A stretch of 18,858 nt of DNA from Thermoanaerobaculales bacterium (lineage in GTDB: Bacteria > Acidobacteriota > Thermoanaerobaculia > Thermoanaerobaculales > Sulfomarinibacteraceae), in contig JARFRM010000094.1 of the NCBI GenBank assembly GCA_029287235.1, positions 1 through 18,858 on the forward strand. Direction: 5' to 3'. Under the pieces are notes generated by a model. The model did no database searches and had not been told where the DNA came from. It was given only the letters and a program-made list of their open reading frames with translations. Below are positions 6,535-15,670 of this stretch, one piece after another. How positions within the stretch are numbered: the stretch's first letter is position 1; the number at the start of each line of letters is the position of its first letter. The translations under genes were made by a program, and so were the position numbers.

Positions 6535-9081
6535 ATGATGGTGATGTCTCGCGTCCACCGTCAGTTCGCCGCGCTCCTCGCGCCGGGGGCTTTGGCCTTT
6601 CTCTTGGCCGCCCTCTCGGTGGCGGACATGTTTTCCCCGAGGCCGTACGACGGGGTCATCATCGAGGCTGATGTTCCGGGCTCCACCGTGGTGCACAAGG
6701 TGGTTCCGGGATCCGGGGCCCATCGAGCCGGCATTCGCCAGGGCGATGTCATCGTTGGAATCGACCGTGAGATCCTCTCGTCGGCCGGCCACGCCCAGCA
6801 GCTGCTCAACCGGCATTCCATCGGCGAATCCGTGCCCTACATGTTCCGCTCAGGCGGGAGCATCAAGGAGCGCGAGGTCGAACTCGGACGACGTCGGATC
6901 GGCGACACCTCCTACCTCTATGCCGCCATGCTCGGCTTTCTCTTCTTCGGCATCGGCGCCTTCGTCGTCATTCGCCAACCGCGGCTTCCGACGGCGCGGG
7001 TCTTCTACATCATGTGCAGCCTCTTCATGCTCTTTCTGGTGTGTCGTCTTCGACCTGCGTCCTACTCGTGGGTCGACACCTTCGTACTCACCACGGGCAC
7101 CATGGCGCTGCTCTTTCTTCCAGCAGCGTTTCTCCACTTCTTCCTGATCTTCCCGCGACCGGTATGGGAGTGGCGGCGCGACCCCATCGCAGACACCATC
7201 GGATGGATCGCTCGGCTCAGTCCGCGTCTGGTGCCCATTTATCTGCTCCCGCCCATCGTCTACGTCACAACCCTCGCCGGTTCGTGGTGGACGGGCACCC
7301 AGGTGGCGCTGATCTCCGGCGCCCCCATGGCCAATTGGTGGGTCATGGTCGGTTACATGGTGCTCGGGTTGGGTGCCCTCGGTCTGAGTGCCCGCTATCT
7401 CCCTGATATTCAGCAGCGGCGCGGGGCGGGGCTGGTCTTCGTCGGCACCCTGTTCGGAGTTGTCCCTTTCATCCTCCTCGCAGTGGCATTTCCCTCATTC
7501 CTCGACACCGAGCGGTTCATTTTCTACGGCGTGGTACCCCTGGTTCTGGTTCCCATCACCTTTGCCTACGCCATCGTCCGCTTCCAGCTTCTGGACATCC
7601 GGGTCATCCTCCGAAAGAGCCTGCTCTATGCGGTGACGACCGCCCTCGTGACCGCACTCTACGCCGGCGGCATTGCGTCGTTCAACCGCATCTTCCAGGG
7701 CACTCAGCTCGCCGATTCACCCTATTTCCCGGTGGTCTTCGCCCTGGCCATCGTGCTGCTCTTCGAGCCTCTGCGTCAACGACTGCAACGACCCGTCGAC
7801 CGCTTCTTCTTCGCCGAACGTCACCGGTTCCAAGAAGCCATGGTGGAAATGGGTGAGGCTCTGACCAACGAGATCGAGATCGGACCCGTCGTCACCCAGC
7901 TCGTGGAACGCCTCCCCGAACTCCTCGGGCTTCGCTTCGCCGCCCTCTACCTTCCCAGGGGCAGCAGTCTTCAACGTGTCGCGGGGCCGACTGCGTTGCC
8001 GGTCGAGCTCCCCATCATCGGCATCCTGCACGACTTTCTCAGGAGCAAGGGACCGCTCCTACGCATGGACGAGCTCGCGCCCATCCGGCTGCTCTCCGCC
8101 GATGTCGAGCAACTCGGCGACGAGCTCGGCGCCGTCGGAGTCGAGATCGTCGGCCTTCTCGCCACCAAGCGCCGGTCGGTGGGTATCATGCTGCTGTCCG
8201 GCAAGAGGGGTCAGACCGCCCTCGAACGCGACGAGCTCGATCTTCTGCGCGGTCTCCTCAACCACGCATCCATTGCGTTGGAGACCAACCTCCTCCTCGA
8301 CGAGCGCGCACGCCAGGCGGAGTTCGAGCGCGAGCTCAAGATCGCGGCGTCGATCCAGGCGTCGCTGCTGCCGAACCAGCTCGAGGCTGTGACAGGTTGG
8401 GAGATCGCCGCGGTCTGCCGCCCGGCGCGCGAGGTCGGAGGAGATTTCTACGCCGAGCTGCCCGGTTGTCTGCCCGGCGAGCACGCGCTGGTCTACGGTG
8501 ATGTTTCGGGCAAGTCGATTTCGGGGGCCCTGATGATGATGGCGGCCCACGAGATTCTCAACAGCCTCGCCCTCACCCATTCCGATCCCGAGGAGCTTTT
8601 CCGCCTCGCCAATGAGCGGCTCTACAGCCTCCGGGGCGACCGCCGGGTGAGCCTGGGAGGCGGTAGTTTCGTCGCCCTGGGTTATCTGGCGTTCCGGTCA
8701 TCGGCCGGCAAGCTCCGATACTCTCTAGCCGGCCAACCCCCTCCCCTTCTGCGACGAAACAACTCGGTGATGGAAACCCTCTGCATGCCGAATCACCGGC
8801 TCCCCCTCGGCGCCCTCAGGCTCGGCGGCCACCAGGTTCTCGAGGTCCAAATGGAAAAAGGGGACCTCCTCCTGGCCTACTCGGATGGGGTGGTCGAAGC
8901 GCAATCGCCCGATGGCGATTTCTTCGGCGAGCAGCGGCTCGCCGCGATTTTGGCGAACTCACCCACGGGTTCGGCTCAGGCGGCCGTCAATCACGTCCTC
9001 GAGGAGGTAGAGGCCTTTACATGCGGTCACACCCCCTACGACGATCTCACCCTGGTCGCCGCCAATCGAATCGCTGACTGA
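6535..9081 (+). CDS. PDZ-domain / polytopic-membrane / GAF / PP2C-type (SpoIIE/RsbU-like) serine phosphatase
   Basis: Signal/TM helix followed by a PDZ domain (GSGAHRAGIRQGDVIVGIDREIL...). Then about 8 TM helices (residues ~125-400) and a GAF-like segment. The C-terminal PPM/SpoIIE domain has the hallmark ELKIAASIQASLLP...AREVGGDFY...YGDVSGKSISGALMMM...AYSDGVVEAQ. Confidence 0.9.
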   Translation: MMVMSRVHRQFAALLAPGALAFLLAALSVADMFSPRPYDGVIIEADVPGSTVVHKVVPGSGAHRAGIRQGDVIVGIDREILSSAGHAQQLLNRHSIGESVPYMFRSGGSIKEREVELGRRRIGDTSYLYAAMLGFLFFGIGAFVVIRQPRLPTARVFYIMCSLFMLFLVCRLRPASYSWVDTFVLTTGTMALLFLPAAFLHFFLIFPRPVWEWRRDPIADTIGWIARLSPRLVPIYLLPPIVYVTTLAGSWWTGTQVALISGAPMANWWVMVGYMVLGLGALGLSARYLPDIQQRRGAGLVFVGTLFGVVPFILLAVAFPSFLDTERFIFYGVVPLVLVPITFAYAIVRFQLLDIRVILRKSLLYAVTTALVTALYAGGIASFNRIFQGTQLADSPYFPVVFALAIVLLFEPLRQRLQRPVDRFFFAERHRFQEAMVEMGEALTNEIEIGPVVTQLVERLPELLGLRFAALYLPRGSSLQRVAGPTALPVELPIIGILHDFLRSKGPLLRMDELAPIRLLSADVEQLGDELGAVGVEIVGLLATKRRSVGIMLLSGKRGQTALERDELDLLRGLLNHASIALETNLLLDERARQAEFERELKIAASIQASLLPNQLEAVTGWEIAAVCRPAREVGGDFYAELPGCLPGEHALVYGDVSGKSISGALMMMAAHEILNSLALTHSDPEELFRLANERLYSLRGDRRVSLGGGSFVALGYLAFRSSAGKLRYSLAGQPPPLLRRNNSVMETLCMPNHRLPLGALRLGGHQVLEVQMEKGDLLLAYSDGVVEAQSPDGDFFGEQRLAAILANSPTGSAQAAVNHVLEEVEAFTCGHTPYDDLTLVAANRIAD

Positions 9082-9086
9082 CGAAA

Positions 9087-9113
9087 AGACCCCCTTCCAA
9101 ACGAAAGGGGGCC
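9087..9113. terminator. bidirectional stem-loop terminator between convergent genes
   Basis: CCCCCTT-ccaaacga-AAGGGGG (9090-9110), a 7-bp stem. On the - strand transcript it is followed by UCUUUUCG, so it is better as the terminator of the 9133-9873 gene. It is weaker (no U-tract) for the + strand gene. Confidence 0.55.
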
Positions 9114-9132
9114 GGTAGTTGAGTTCCTGACT

Positions 9133-9873
9133 CTACTTGCCCTGCATCGTCTCCATATAGTCGAAATCTTCGCGCGCGTAGTCGGCTGGAGGGCCATAGG
9201 TTCCGGCGGGCGCATCGATCTTCTCGATGGACTTGACCACATCGCTCGATCCGACGGTGGTCTCACCCATGAACTTCATGGACATGGTCGCTTCCTGGGA
9301 GACGACATATCCGTCGATCTGACGCATCTGCTCCATCATGCTCTCCATCCCGGGCTGGAGGCTCATGACTTCTGAGAAGAGATCGAAGTACTCCGCGGTG
9401 TCGATCGGCGTTTCGGTCGATGCCCAGAGTACCGAGTTCATGCTCATCATGGCCGAGGTCATTTTCAGGTCGTAGCGTTTGGCGGTCCACTCGCCCACCT
9501 TCCTGGTCTCGTCAGAGGCCGTCACGGTGACATCGAACTTCATCATCGACATCATCTGCTCGGCCATCCCGGGCGGCAAGAGCGACTCAAGATCCACCGG
9601 GATATCCACCTCGGCAAAGGTCTTGTCGTCGTGGTTGATGATGAACATCTTCTTGGCGTCCATCGCGACGACTGTCGAGCTGGAACCCTGATCCATCCGC
9701 ATCTTCCTGTCGCCGATCCAGGTCACGTGCTCTTCATCGGTGGGCGGTTGGTTCTGCCCCATCATGGAAAATCCATCCTGGTGATGTTGCTGAACGATTT
9801 TGTAGTCTGCTCCGGCAAGACCGGCCGACAGCAGAATCGCCAACGAGAAAACGAGAACTCTATCCAATCGCAT
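9133..9873 (-). CDS. secreted methionine-rich protein (about 26 Met in 246 aa), function unknown
   Basis: ATG 9873..9871 with AAGGAGA SD. Signal peptide MRLDRVLVFSLAILLSAGLAGA. Clustered Met motifs QMMSMMKF, MTSAMMSMN, MESMMEQM, TMSMKFM, plus QQHHQ. The N-terminal two-thirds may be a LolA-like/DUF-type beta fold (uncertain). Confidence 0.8.
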   Translation of the reverse strand: MRLDRVLVFSLAILLSAGLAGADYKIVQQHHQDGFSMMGQNQPPTDEEHVTWIGDRKMRMDQGSSSTVVAMDAKKMFIINHDDKTFAEVDIPVDLESLLPPGMAEQMMSMMKFDVTVTASDETRKVGEWTAKRYDLKMTSAMMSMNSVLWASTETPIDTAEYFDLFSEVMSLQPGMESMMEQMRQIDGYVVSQEATMSMKFMGETTVGSSDVVKSIEKIDAPAGTYGPPADYAREDFDYMETMQGK

Positions 9874-10013
9874 GGTGTCTCCTTAAGTGGTGGTGAGTTA
9901 TTCCCAGAGCCGCCTGAGATGAACGACAGAGGGATCCTATCAAATCGACTCCGGAGGATTCCGCATCTCTCAACAGGATTGCGCAGACACCTGGTCAGAA
10001 GCGCGGGCCGGAT

Positions 10014-12095
10014 TCAATCCCATGCCTCGGCCTCCCAGCCGTTCTCCGGGTTGCGGTAGTCGAGACGGTAGGTTGGCGGCTCCCCACCGGGGCCCTTCAG
10101 ATAGTGGTCGAACCAGCGCAGCAAACGCAATTGATAGTCATAGCGCGACGCCGCACGACGGTTGCCGTGACCCTCGTCCGGGTACCGAACCAGACGCACC
10201 GGTACATTGTCGAAGGTCTTCAACACACGATACATCTCCAGTGATTGGGTCGGACTGACCCGCGGATCGGCGTCTCCGCCCATGATGAGCAGCGGAGTTC
10301 TGCCTCTCTCTGCGTGGGTCAAAGGCGACCGTTCGAAGAAATGCTCCCATCTCTCCCAGGGGTAGCCGAGGGCGTGAACAAGGGTTTCCTCCATCGGAAT
10401 GTCCGTGGTTCCGAACTTGGAGATCTTGTTCGAAATCCCGACAAACATCACTCCGGCGGCAAATCGCTCGCTGTATCGGGTGGCGAGCCAGGCCGTTGCG
10501 TAGCCACCGTATGAGCCTCCGGTCACACCGACCCGATCATTGTCGGCCACGCCGATTTCGACGAGATGGTCGACCGCATCAACCAGGTCATCGAACTCGG
10601 CGCCCGCCGCGTCCGCCTGACCGAGTTTTGAAAATTCGACCCCCCGCCCAGTGCTGCCACGATAGTTGGGGAAGAAGACCGCATAGCCGCGTGCCGCAAG
10701 AACCTGGGCCGGAGAGCTGTATCGGTCGAGCCAACCATCTCGGCGGTGACCTTCCGGGCCCCCGTGCACCACCATCACCAAAGGAGCCGGGAGCGCCGTC
10801 GAACCATCAAGGGGCCGGATCAGGATGCCCTGGAGCTCGAGCCCGTCGCGGGCGGTGTGAACCACAACTTCCTGCGGCGCCAGACGAATCCGTGCGAGCC
10901 ACGGATTGGCCTCGGTCACGCGGGCCGGCGGGAGTTGGTCCTCCAGATCCAGGACAAACACCTCGCCGGGGTGCGACGAGCTGTTCCCGATCAACGCCGC
11001 ATGGTGCCCGTCGGCGGCAAGGCTCATGGCGGTGTAGACCACGCCGCCATCGAAACGCTCGAGCGATTCCAACGATCCACGACCGACAGTGACCCGATAG
11101 AGCTCGGTGACGACTCCCACATCGGCGAGAAAGAGCAGCGCCTCGTCGTTCAACCACGCGAACGACGTGACCGAACCCTCGAACCCCTGTGTCAGGTTCT
11201 TCGGACTCCCTCCCGCCGCAGACTCCACCAACAGCGATGACGCCGATGGATCGTGAAGATCCGCCCCGCTGATCATGGCGAGGCGACCACCGTCGGGGCT
11301 CCACTCGATTCTGCCGAGCTTGCCCTCACGATCCACCGTCATCTCGATCTCACCAGTGACCACATTGACGACGTGAACACTTTGATACATCAGTCGATCG
11401 TCCACCAGGGGCCGTGGCGATATGGCCACCGCGAGGCGCTCGCCGTCCGGGCTCCAGCGCACCTGAACGGCCGACCCCTCGAGGTCGAGAGATCGCGGCT
11501 CTTCGACGCCACCGATTTCGGCAATCCACACCCGAAGCGGCCGTTCATCCTCTTCGAAGACCTTCTGGGTGAAGCCGTGCTCTTCGAGCTCCTCTTCCTC
11601 CTCCGATTTCGGTTTCTCGGCGATCATCGCGATCCGTTGACCATCATCGCACCAGTCATATCCGGCAATCGTGGTCTTCACCGAGACGATGGGCCGCGCC
11701 TCGCCTCCGGTGGCGGAGATGAGGTAGAGGTTGACGTGTTCGTCCTCACCCCTCTTGGCGAGAAAGGAGACCGCTGAGCTCCCGGGCTGCCAATCGACGC
11801 TCTTGACGTTGACTTCCCCGGTGACAAAGGGACGAGCCACCCCGGTGGCGACATCGATGAGGTAGAGCTCTTCCCAGTTCTCGCCGTCGTCCTCTTCGAA
11901 GAGCTCTCTCGGGACGGAACGAACAGCAGCGATGAGCGAGCCATCGGGCGAGATCTTCGCCGCACTCATGCTCTGGACCCGCGCCAGATCGCGGGGTGTC
12001 ATGACCCGCATGGTCTCGTCAGCCGCCCATGCGGTCCCCAGGGTCAGAGCCAGAACAACTGCGAGCGAATACAGGTGGCGGAAAGGTCGAGTCAT
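10014..12095 (-). CDS. S9-family serine peptidase (prolyl oligopeptidase/acylaminoacyl-peptidase type) with N-terminal beta-propeller
   Basis: Start at ATG 12095..12093 (AAGGAGGA 8 nt upstream), which gives a signal peptide MTRPFRHLYSLAVVLALTLGTAWA. The track ORF extends to 12164 without an SD. Propeller repeats (SPDG..., WSPDG...) are followed by the alpha/beta-hydrolase catalytic GGSYGGY (Ser), GGDADPRV (Asp) and YPDEGHG (His). Confidence 0.88.
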   Translation of the reverse strand: MTRPFRHLYSLAVVLALTLGTAWAADETMRVMTPRDLARVQSMSAAKISPDGSLIAAVRSVPRELFEEDDGENWEELYLIDVATGVARPFVTGEVNVKSVDWQPGSSAVSFLAKRGEDEHVNLYLISATGGEARPIVSVKTTIAGYDWCDDGQRIAMIAEKPKSEEEEELEEHGFTQKVFEEDERPLRVWIAEIGGVEEPRSLDLEGSAVQVRWSPDGERLAVAISPRPLVDDRLMYQSVHVVNVVTGEIEMTVDREGKLGRIEWSPDGGRLAMISGADLHDPSASSLLVESAAGGSPKNLTQGFEGSVTSFAWLNDEALLFLADVGVVTELYRVTVGRGSLESLERFDGGVVYTAMSLAADGHHAALIGNSSSHPGEVFVLDLEDQLPPARVTEANPWLARIRLAPQEVVVHTARDGLELQGILIRPLDGSTALPAPLVMVVHGGPEGHRRDGWLDRYSSPAQVLAARGYAVFFPNYRGSTGRGVEFSKLGQADAAGAEFDDLVDAVDHLVEIGVADNDRVGVTGGSYGGYATAWLATRYSERFAAGVMFVGISNKISKFGTTDIPMEETLVHALGYPWERWEHFFERSPLTHAERGRTPLLIMGGDADPRVSPTQSLEMYRVLKTFDNVPVRLVRYPDEGHGNRRAASRYDYQLRLLRWFDHYLKGPGGEPPTYRLDYRNPENGWEAEAWD

Positions 12096-12161
12096 TGCCA
12101 ACGTCCTCCTTCGTTCCTCGGAGGGTAGTTTCGCATACGCGGGAGAAACGAACCGCGAAGG

Positions 12162-12247
12162 CACGAAAGACGCAAAGACACCAAGAATTCACAAAGAGGG
12201 GCCCTGCGATGTCTTTGCGTCGTCTTTGTGTCTTCGTGTCTTGGTGG
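12162..12247. repeat. long imperfect inverted repeat built from short tandem units (GTCTTTGYGTC and relatives) in the intergenic region between the two peptidase genes
   Basis: cacgaaagacgcaaagacaccaagaa (12162-12187) is largely complementary to gtctttgcgtc/gtctttgtgtc/ttcgtgtcttggtg (12211-12247), with a ~21-nt loop. It is an extended hairpin with no T-tract. Confidence 0.5.
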
Positions 12248-12274
12248 TTGCGGCGGTTCGATGCCTCTCGTCCG

Positions 12275-15200
12275 CTACCGTTCACCAAGAATGGCCGTCA
12301 CGACTGTCTCCACCCCGTTTCGAAGGACCGTGACCTCCACTTCATCGCCGGGGCTCTTGGCCTTGAGAAGCGTCGAGTAACCGCGAAGATCGTTCACGGA
12401 CTCGCCGTCAAAAGCGACGAGGACATCGCCGGCGAGGAGACCCGCCTTCTCCGCCGCTGAGCTCGGCATCACCTGCTGGACGCGGACCCCGGGTCCCTCG
12501 AAGCCGAAGTCGGGCATGGTCCCGAGGCTCGCCCGTCGCGCGCCCGTTGCCGGTGCGCCACCCGGGTGACCGGATGGGGCTTCCTCACCCTTGATCGTGA
12601 CGGTCAACGGTTCCAGCCGCTCGGCGAGATAGACCACGGCCTCGTGGGCGGCCTCGGTCACCACGGCCATGCCGTCGGCGTCGATGGCGTCCGCGGTGTC
12701 CGATGGTCGATGGTAATCCGGGTTCGGCCCGGTGAAGAGCTGCACCGCGGGGATCCCAAGCTCGATGCAACTCATCTGGTCGGAGCTGTCCAGGGGCTCG
12801 GTCACGATCTTGACGGGCGCGCCCGTTGTGTAACCGACACCCATGAAGATGAAGCGCCACTCGCGCGCCGTATCGGCATTGAGGACGAAGAGCTCGCCGT
12901 CCGACAGTCGACCGACCGTGTCCAGATTGACGCAGGCGTACGGGCGCTGATCGCTCGCCATTCCCCCGAGGAGATGTCTGGATCCGACTCGACCTGACTC
13001 TTCTCCGGTGACGACGGCGAAGATCACCGTGCGCGGCCGCGCCGGTTCGCTCACCATGGCCCGCGCCAGCTCGAGCAACACCGCCACACCGGAAGCGTTG
13101 TCGTCGGCGCCGGGGTGGATGACGCCCTCGTTACCCGTCCGCACATCCGGCCAGCCCGTGCCGAGGTGGTCGAGGTGGGCCATGACCAGCACCGGCGACA
13201 GGCTCGGATCCGTTCCCGGGATGGCCCCGACCAGATTCGTGAGCGTCATCGGGCGCTCCGGCTCACCACCGCGCCAGCTCCAGGATTGGCGGTATTCCGT
13301 GACGCCGGCGGGGCTGACCCCGGCCTCGGTGAGCCTCTCTTCAAACCATCGAGTGGCGTTCTCGAGTCCCGCGCTGCCGAGACCGCGGCCCTCCATGGAG
13401 GGTTGGGACAGGTGGGTGACGGTTGCGGCGAGCCGGTCGGCATCGAAGACCGCCGGCAGATCGGCCAGCGGTTGTCGCACGGGCAGCCTCAGCTCGACCA
13501 GCTCGCCATCGGCCAGCTTGCGCACCAAGGGAGACCCCAGCGGCCGCCACATGCCCTTGGCCACGTTCTCGGGTTCGGATCCCTTGAAGCCGAGATAGGA
13601 GTATCGGGTGTAGTGGGGGAGTTTGCGCGCGAGCCCCGGGATCGCCTCGACCGGCTCGGCCGCCACCCAACCCAGCGCGTCGGCCGGGTCCGAGTCGGCG
13701 CGGGCCACCAGCACCAAAGAGTGGTCGGCGCGGGGCATTTCGTCCGCAGGCAGGGTGACCGAAGCCTCGTTGAGGGAAGCGCCCTGGTCGGAACATCGGC
13801 GACCGACCTCACGGCCGAAGGAGTTGCTCCAGCCGAGGACCCACACCGATCCGTCCGGGAGCTTCTCGAGATCTTCATCGAGGACGATGCGAGGCTCGCC
13901 GGGTTCGGCCCAGGCTGTCGCCAGCTCCCGCCACGCCGCCCGCTCGGCTTCGGTCGCATGCGCGGGCAGGATGAAGACCTGCTCATCGGCGCCGAAAAGG
14001 GTCGTCAACGCCGGTGGAACCTCGAGGGGATCGAGCCGGCGCATGACATCGAAGGCCGGATCGACATCGAGCCGGAGGGGCCGCGCCGGGCTGAGGACCT
14101 CGATCACGCAATCGTGGCTGCCGCAGGTGCCGGCCTCGCTCCAGATCGGTTCGGTGCGCCCCTCGACGGTGACGGCCACGGGCACCGTCAGCGGAAATGG
14201 CTTGCCTCCCTGGGTCTGGCGGATCCTGACCTTCACTCTCCACGGAAGCTCGGCGTCCGGGTCCTCGGTAAGATCGACATCGATGATCTCGAGGCTCGGA
14301 GCGCCCGGTCGCCGGACCCACTCATCGACAAAGGGCTGCCAGTCGCCGCCGACCTCGTCGTTCAACGCCTGGGCGATATCGGCGAATGAGGCTCGGCTGA
14401 AGCGGTTGTCGAGATCGAAACGCCCGAGACCGGCGATAAAGGCCTTGTCGCCGAGAGCCCGGCGGAGCATGTGGAAGAGCATGAGGCTCTTTCCGTAGCC
14501 CACAGCTTCGGAGGCCGCCGACTGCCGCGACCCGAAATCGGCGAGGGGGAAGTCGTTGCCATCCTTCACAAGATCACTGAACTTCTTGAGGGTGGCGCGG
14601 CGGTAGGTCGCTCCTTCGCCCCTTTGTTCGGCAAAGAGATGGTCGGCCATGTACGCGGTGAGGCCCTCGCACCAGTTGCCGGTCTCAGCGTCGATGTAGA
14701 TCGAGTTGCCCCACCAGTTGTGAAGCAGCTCGTGCGGGTAGGAGGAGGTCAGGATCCACGGGAAGCGGATGACCTGAGGGCCCAGCAAGGTGAAGCCCGG
14801 CATCCCGTAACCGGTCTCCCAGAAGTTTTCGACCAGGGCGAAGGAGGCGTAGGGGTAGTCCGGCAACATGCCGTTGTAGAGCTTCAGGTAGCGCCTGGTC
14901 GCGTCGAGATAGCGGTAGGCGAGACCGGGGTCGTCTTCGCGGAGAAAGGCGTAGATCTCGACCTCTCCGGCGGTGTCGGCATAGGCCTGCCAAGGGCCGG
15001 CCACCAGATAGATCTCTTCGGTGGGGTGATCGAGGGTCCAGGCGGTCACACGGCTCCCATCCGGGGTGATCTCGTGGCGAGAGCGTCGGCCTTGACTGAC
15101 GACATCCCACGGTGGGTTCAGGTCGCGGACCTCGAGCGAGAATGTGACGAGACCGTCACCGAAGGTCGGCACCCAGAAGGTGGTGCCGGCGAGGAAGACT

Positions 15201-15670
15201 CCCTCGGACGAGATGATGCCCGGGGTCTCGGAGAAGCTCCGTTGATACTCCTCCCCCTGGGTCTTGAGCTCGTGGTGAATCACTCCACCGTAGCGGAGCT
15301 CCACCGGGCCGCCCACATCCTGAGCCCGGCGCAGCCGCCACGCTTCGAGGGGGACATTCTCGGCGACGGTGTCGGTGGTGGCGTTGATTCCGAAGAAGGC
15401 GGCCTCGATGGGTCCGGCAACCGCCTCGAGCTGCCACCCCGGAGTCATGACCTCGGGTGCGAGACCGGCATGGAGCACCAGGTGGTAGGTCCCGTCGGCG
15501 TCGAGCACCACGTCGCGTCCTACAAGCACCCGGTCGACCACCTCGATACGGTGGGCGGACGGATCGAATCGAACCTCGAGCTCGTGGTGGGTCGGTGACG
15601 ACCAGCAGGGGATTGATGCGGCCAGGGCCACGCACACCACGATCGCGCTTCGAACGACACTCAACATCAT
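12275..15670 (-). CDS. tri-domain secreted metallopeptidase: N-terminal M1/M61-like zinc aminopeptidase domain + M28-family peptidase domain + C-terminal PDZ domain
   Basis: Start at ATG 15670 (GGAGG 5 nt upstream; the track GTG 15682 lacks an SD) gives signal peptide MMLSVVRSAIVVCVALAAS. M1-type motifs FALVENF (GAMEN-like) and HELLHNWWGN-x18-NWCEGLTAYM (HExxH...E). M28 signatures HLDHLG, HPGADDNASGVAVLLELAR, TGEESGRVGS, DYHRPSD. C-terminal PDZ GVRVQQVMPSSAAEKAGLLAGDVLVAFDGESV. Confidence 0.88.
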   Translation of the reverse strand: MMLSVVRSAIVVCVALAASIPCWSSPTHHELEVRFDPSAHRIEVVDRVLVGRDVVLDADGTYHLVLHAGLAPEVMTPGWQLEAVAGPIEAAFFGINATTDTVAENVPLEAWRLRRAQDVGGPVELRYGGVIHHELKTQGEEYQRSFSETPGIISSEGVFLAGTTFWVPTFGDGLVTFSLEVRDLNPPWDVVSQGRRSRHEITPDGSRVTAWTLDHPTEEIYLVAGPWQAYADTAGEVEIYAFLREDDPGLAYRYLDATRRYLKLYNGMLPDYPYASFALVENFWETGYGMPGFTLLGPQVIRFPWILTSSYPHELLHNWWGNSIYIDAETGNWCEGLTAYMADHLFAEQRGEGATYRRATLKKFSDLVKDGNDFPLADFGSRQSAASEAVGYGKSLMLFHMLRRALGDKAFIAGLGRFDLDNRFSRASFADIAQALNDEVGGDWQPFVDEWVRRPGAPSLEIIDVDLTEDPDAELPWRVKVRIRQTQGGKPFPLTVPVAVTVEGRTEPIWSEAGTCGSHDCVIEVLSPARPLRLDVDPAFDVMRRLDPLEVPPALTTLFGADEQVFILPAHATEAERAAWRELATAWAEPGEPRIVLDEDLEKLPDGSVWVLGWSNSFGREVGRRCSDQGASLNEASVTLPADEMPRADHSLVLVARADSDPADALGWVAAEPVEAIPGLARKLPHYTRYSYLGFKGSEPENVAKGMWRPLGSPLVRKLADGELVELRLPVRQPLADLPAVFDADRLAATVTHLSQPSMEGRGLGSAGLENATRWFEERLTEAGVSPAGVTEYRQSWSWRGGEPERPMTLTNLVGAIPGTDPSLSPVLVMAHLDHLGTGWPDVRTGNEGVIHPGADDNASGVAVLLELARAMVSEPARPRTVIFAVVTGEESGRVGSRHLLGGMASDQRPYACVNLDTVGRLSDGELFVLNADTAREWRFIFMGVGYTTGAPVKIVTEPLDSSDQMSCIELGIPAVQLFTGPNPDYHRPSDTADAIDADGMAVVTEAAHEAVVYLAERLEPLTVTIKGEEAPSGHPGGAPATGARRASLGTMPDFGFEGPGVRVQQVMPSSAAEKAGLLAGDVLVAFDGESVNDLRGYSTLLKAKSPGDEVEVTVLRNGVETVVTAILGER

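Noticed and set aside
9998-10017. GGATTCAATCC, reminiscent of a tRNA T-arm (GGTTCRAATCC)
   Set aside because: No flanking acceptor/anticodon stem complementarity could be found. It lies at the stop-codon region of the S9 peptidase gene.
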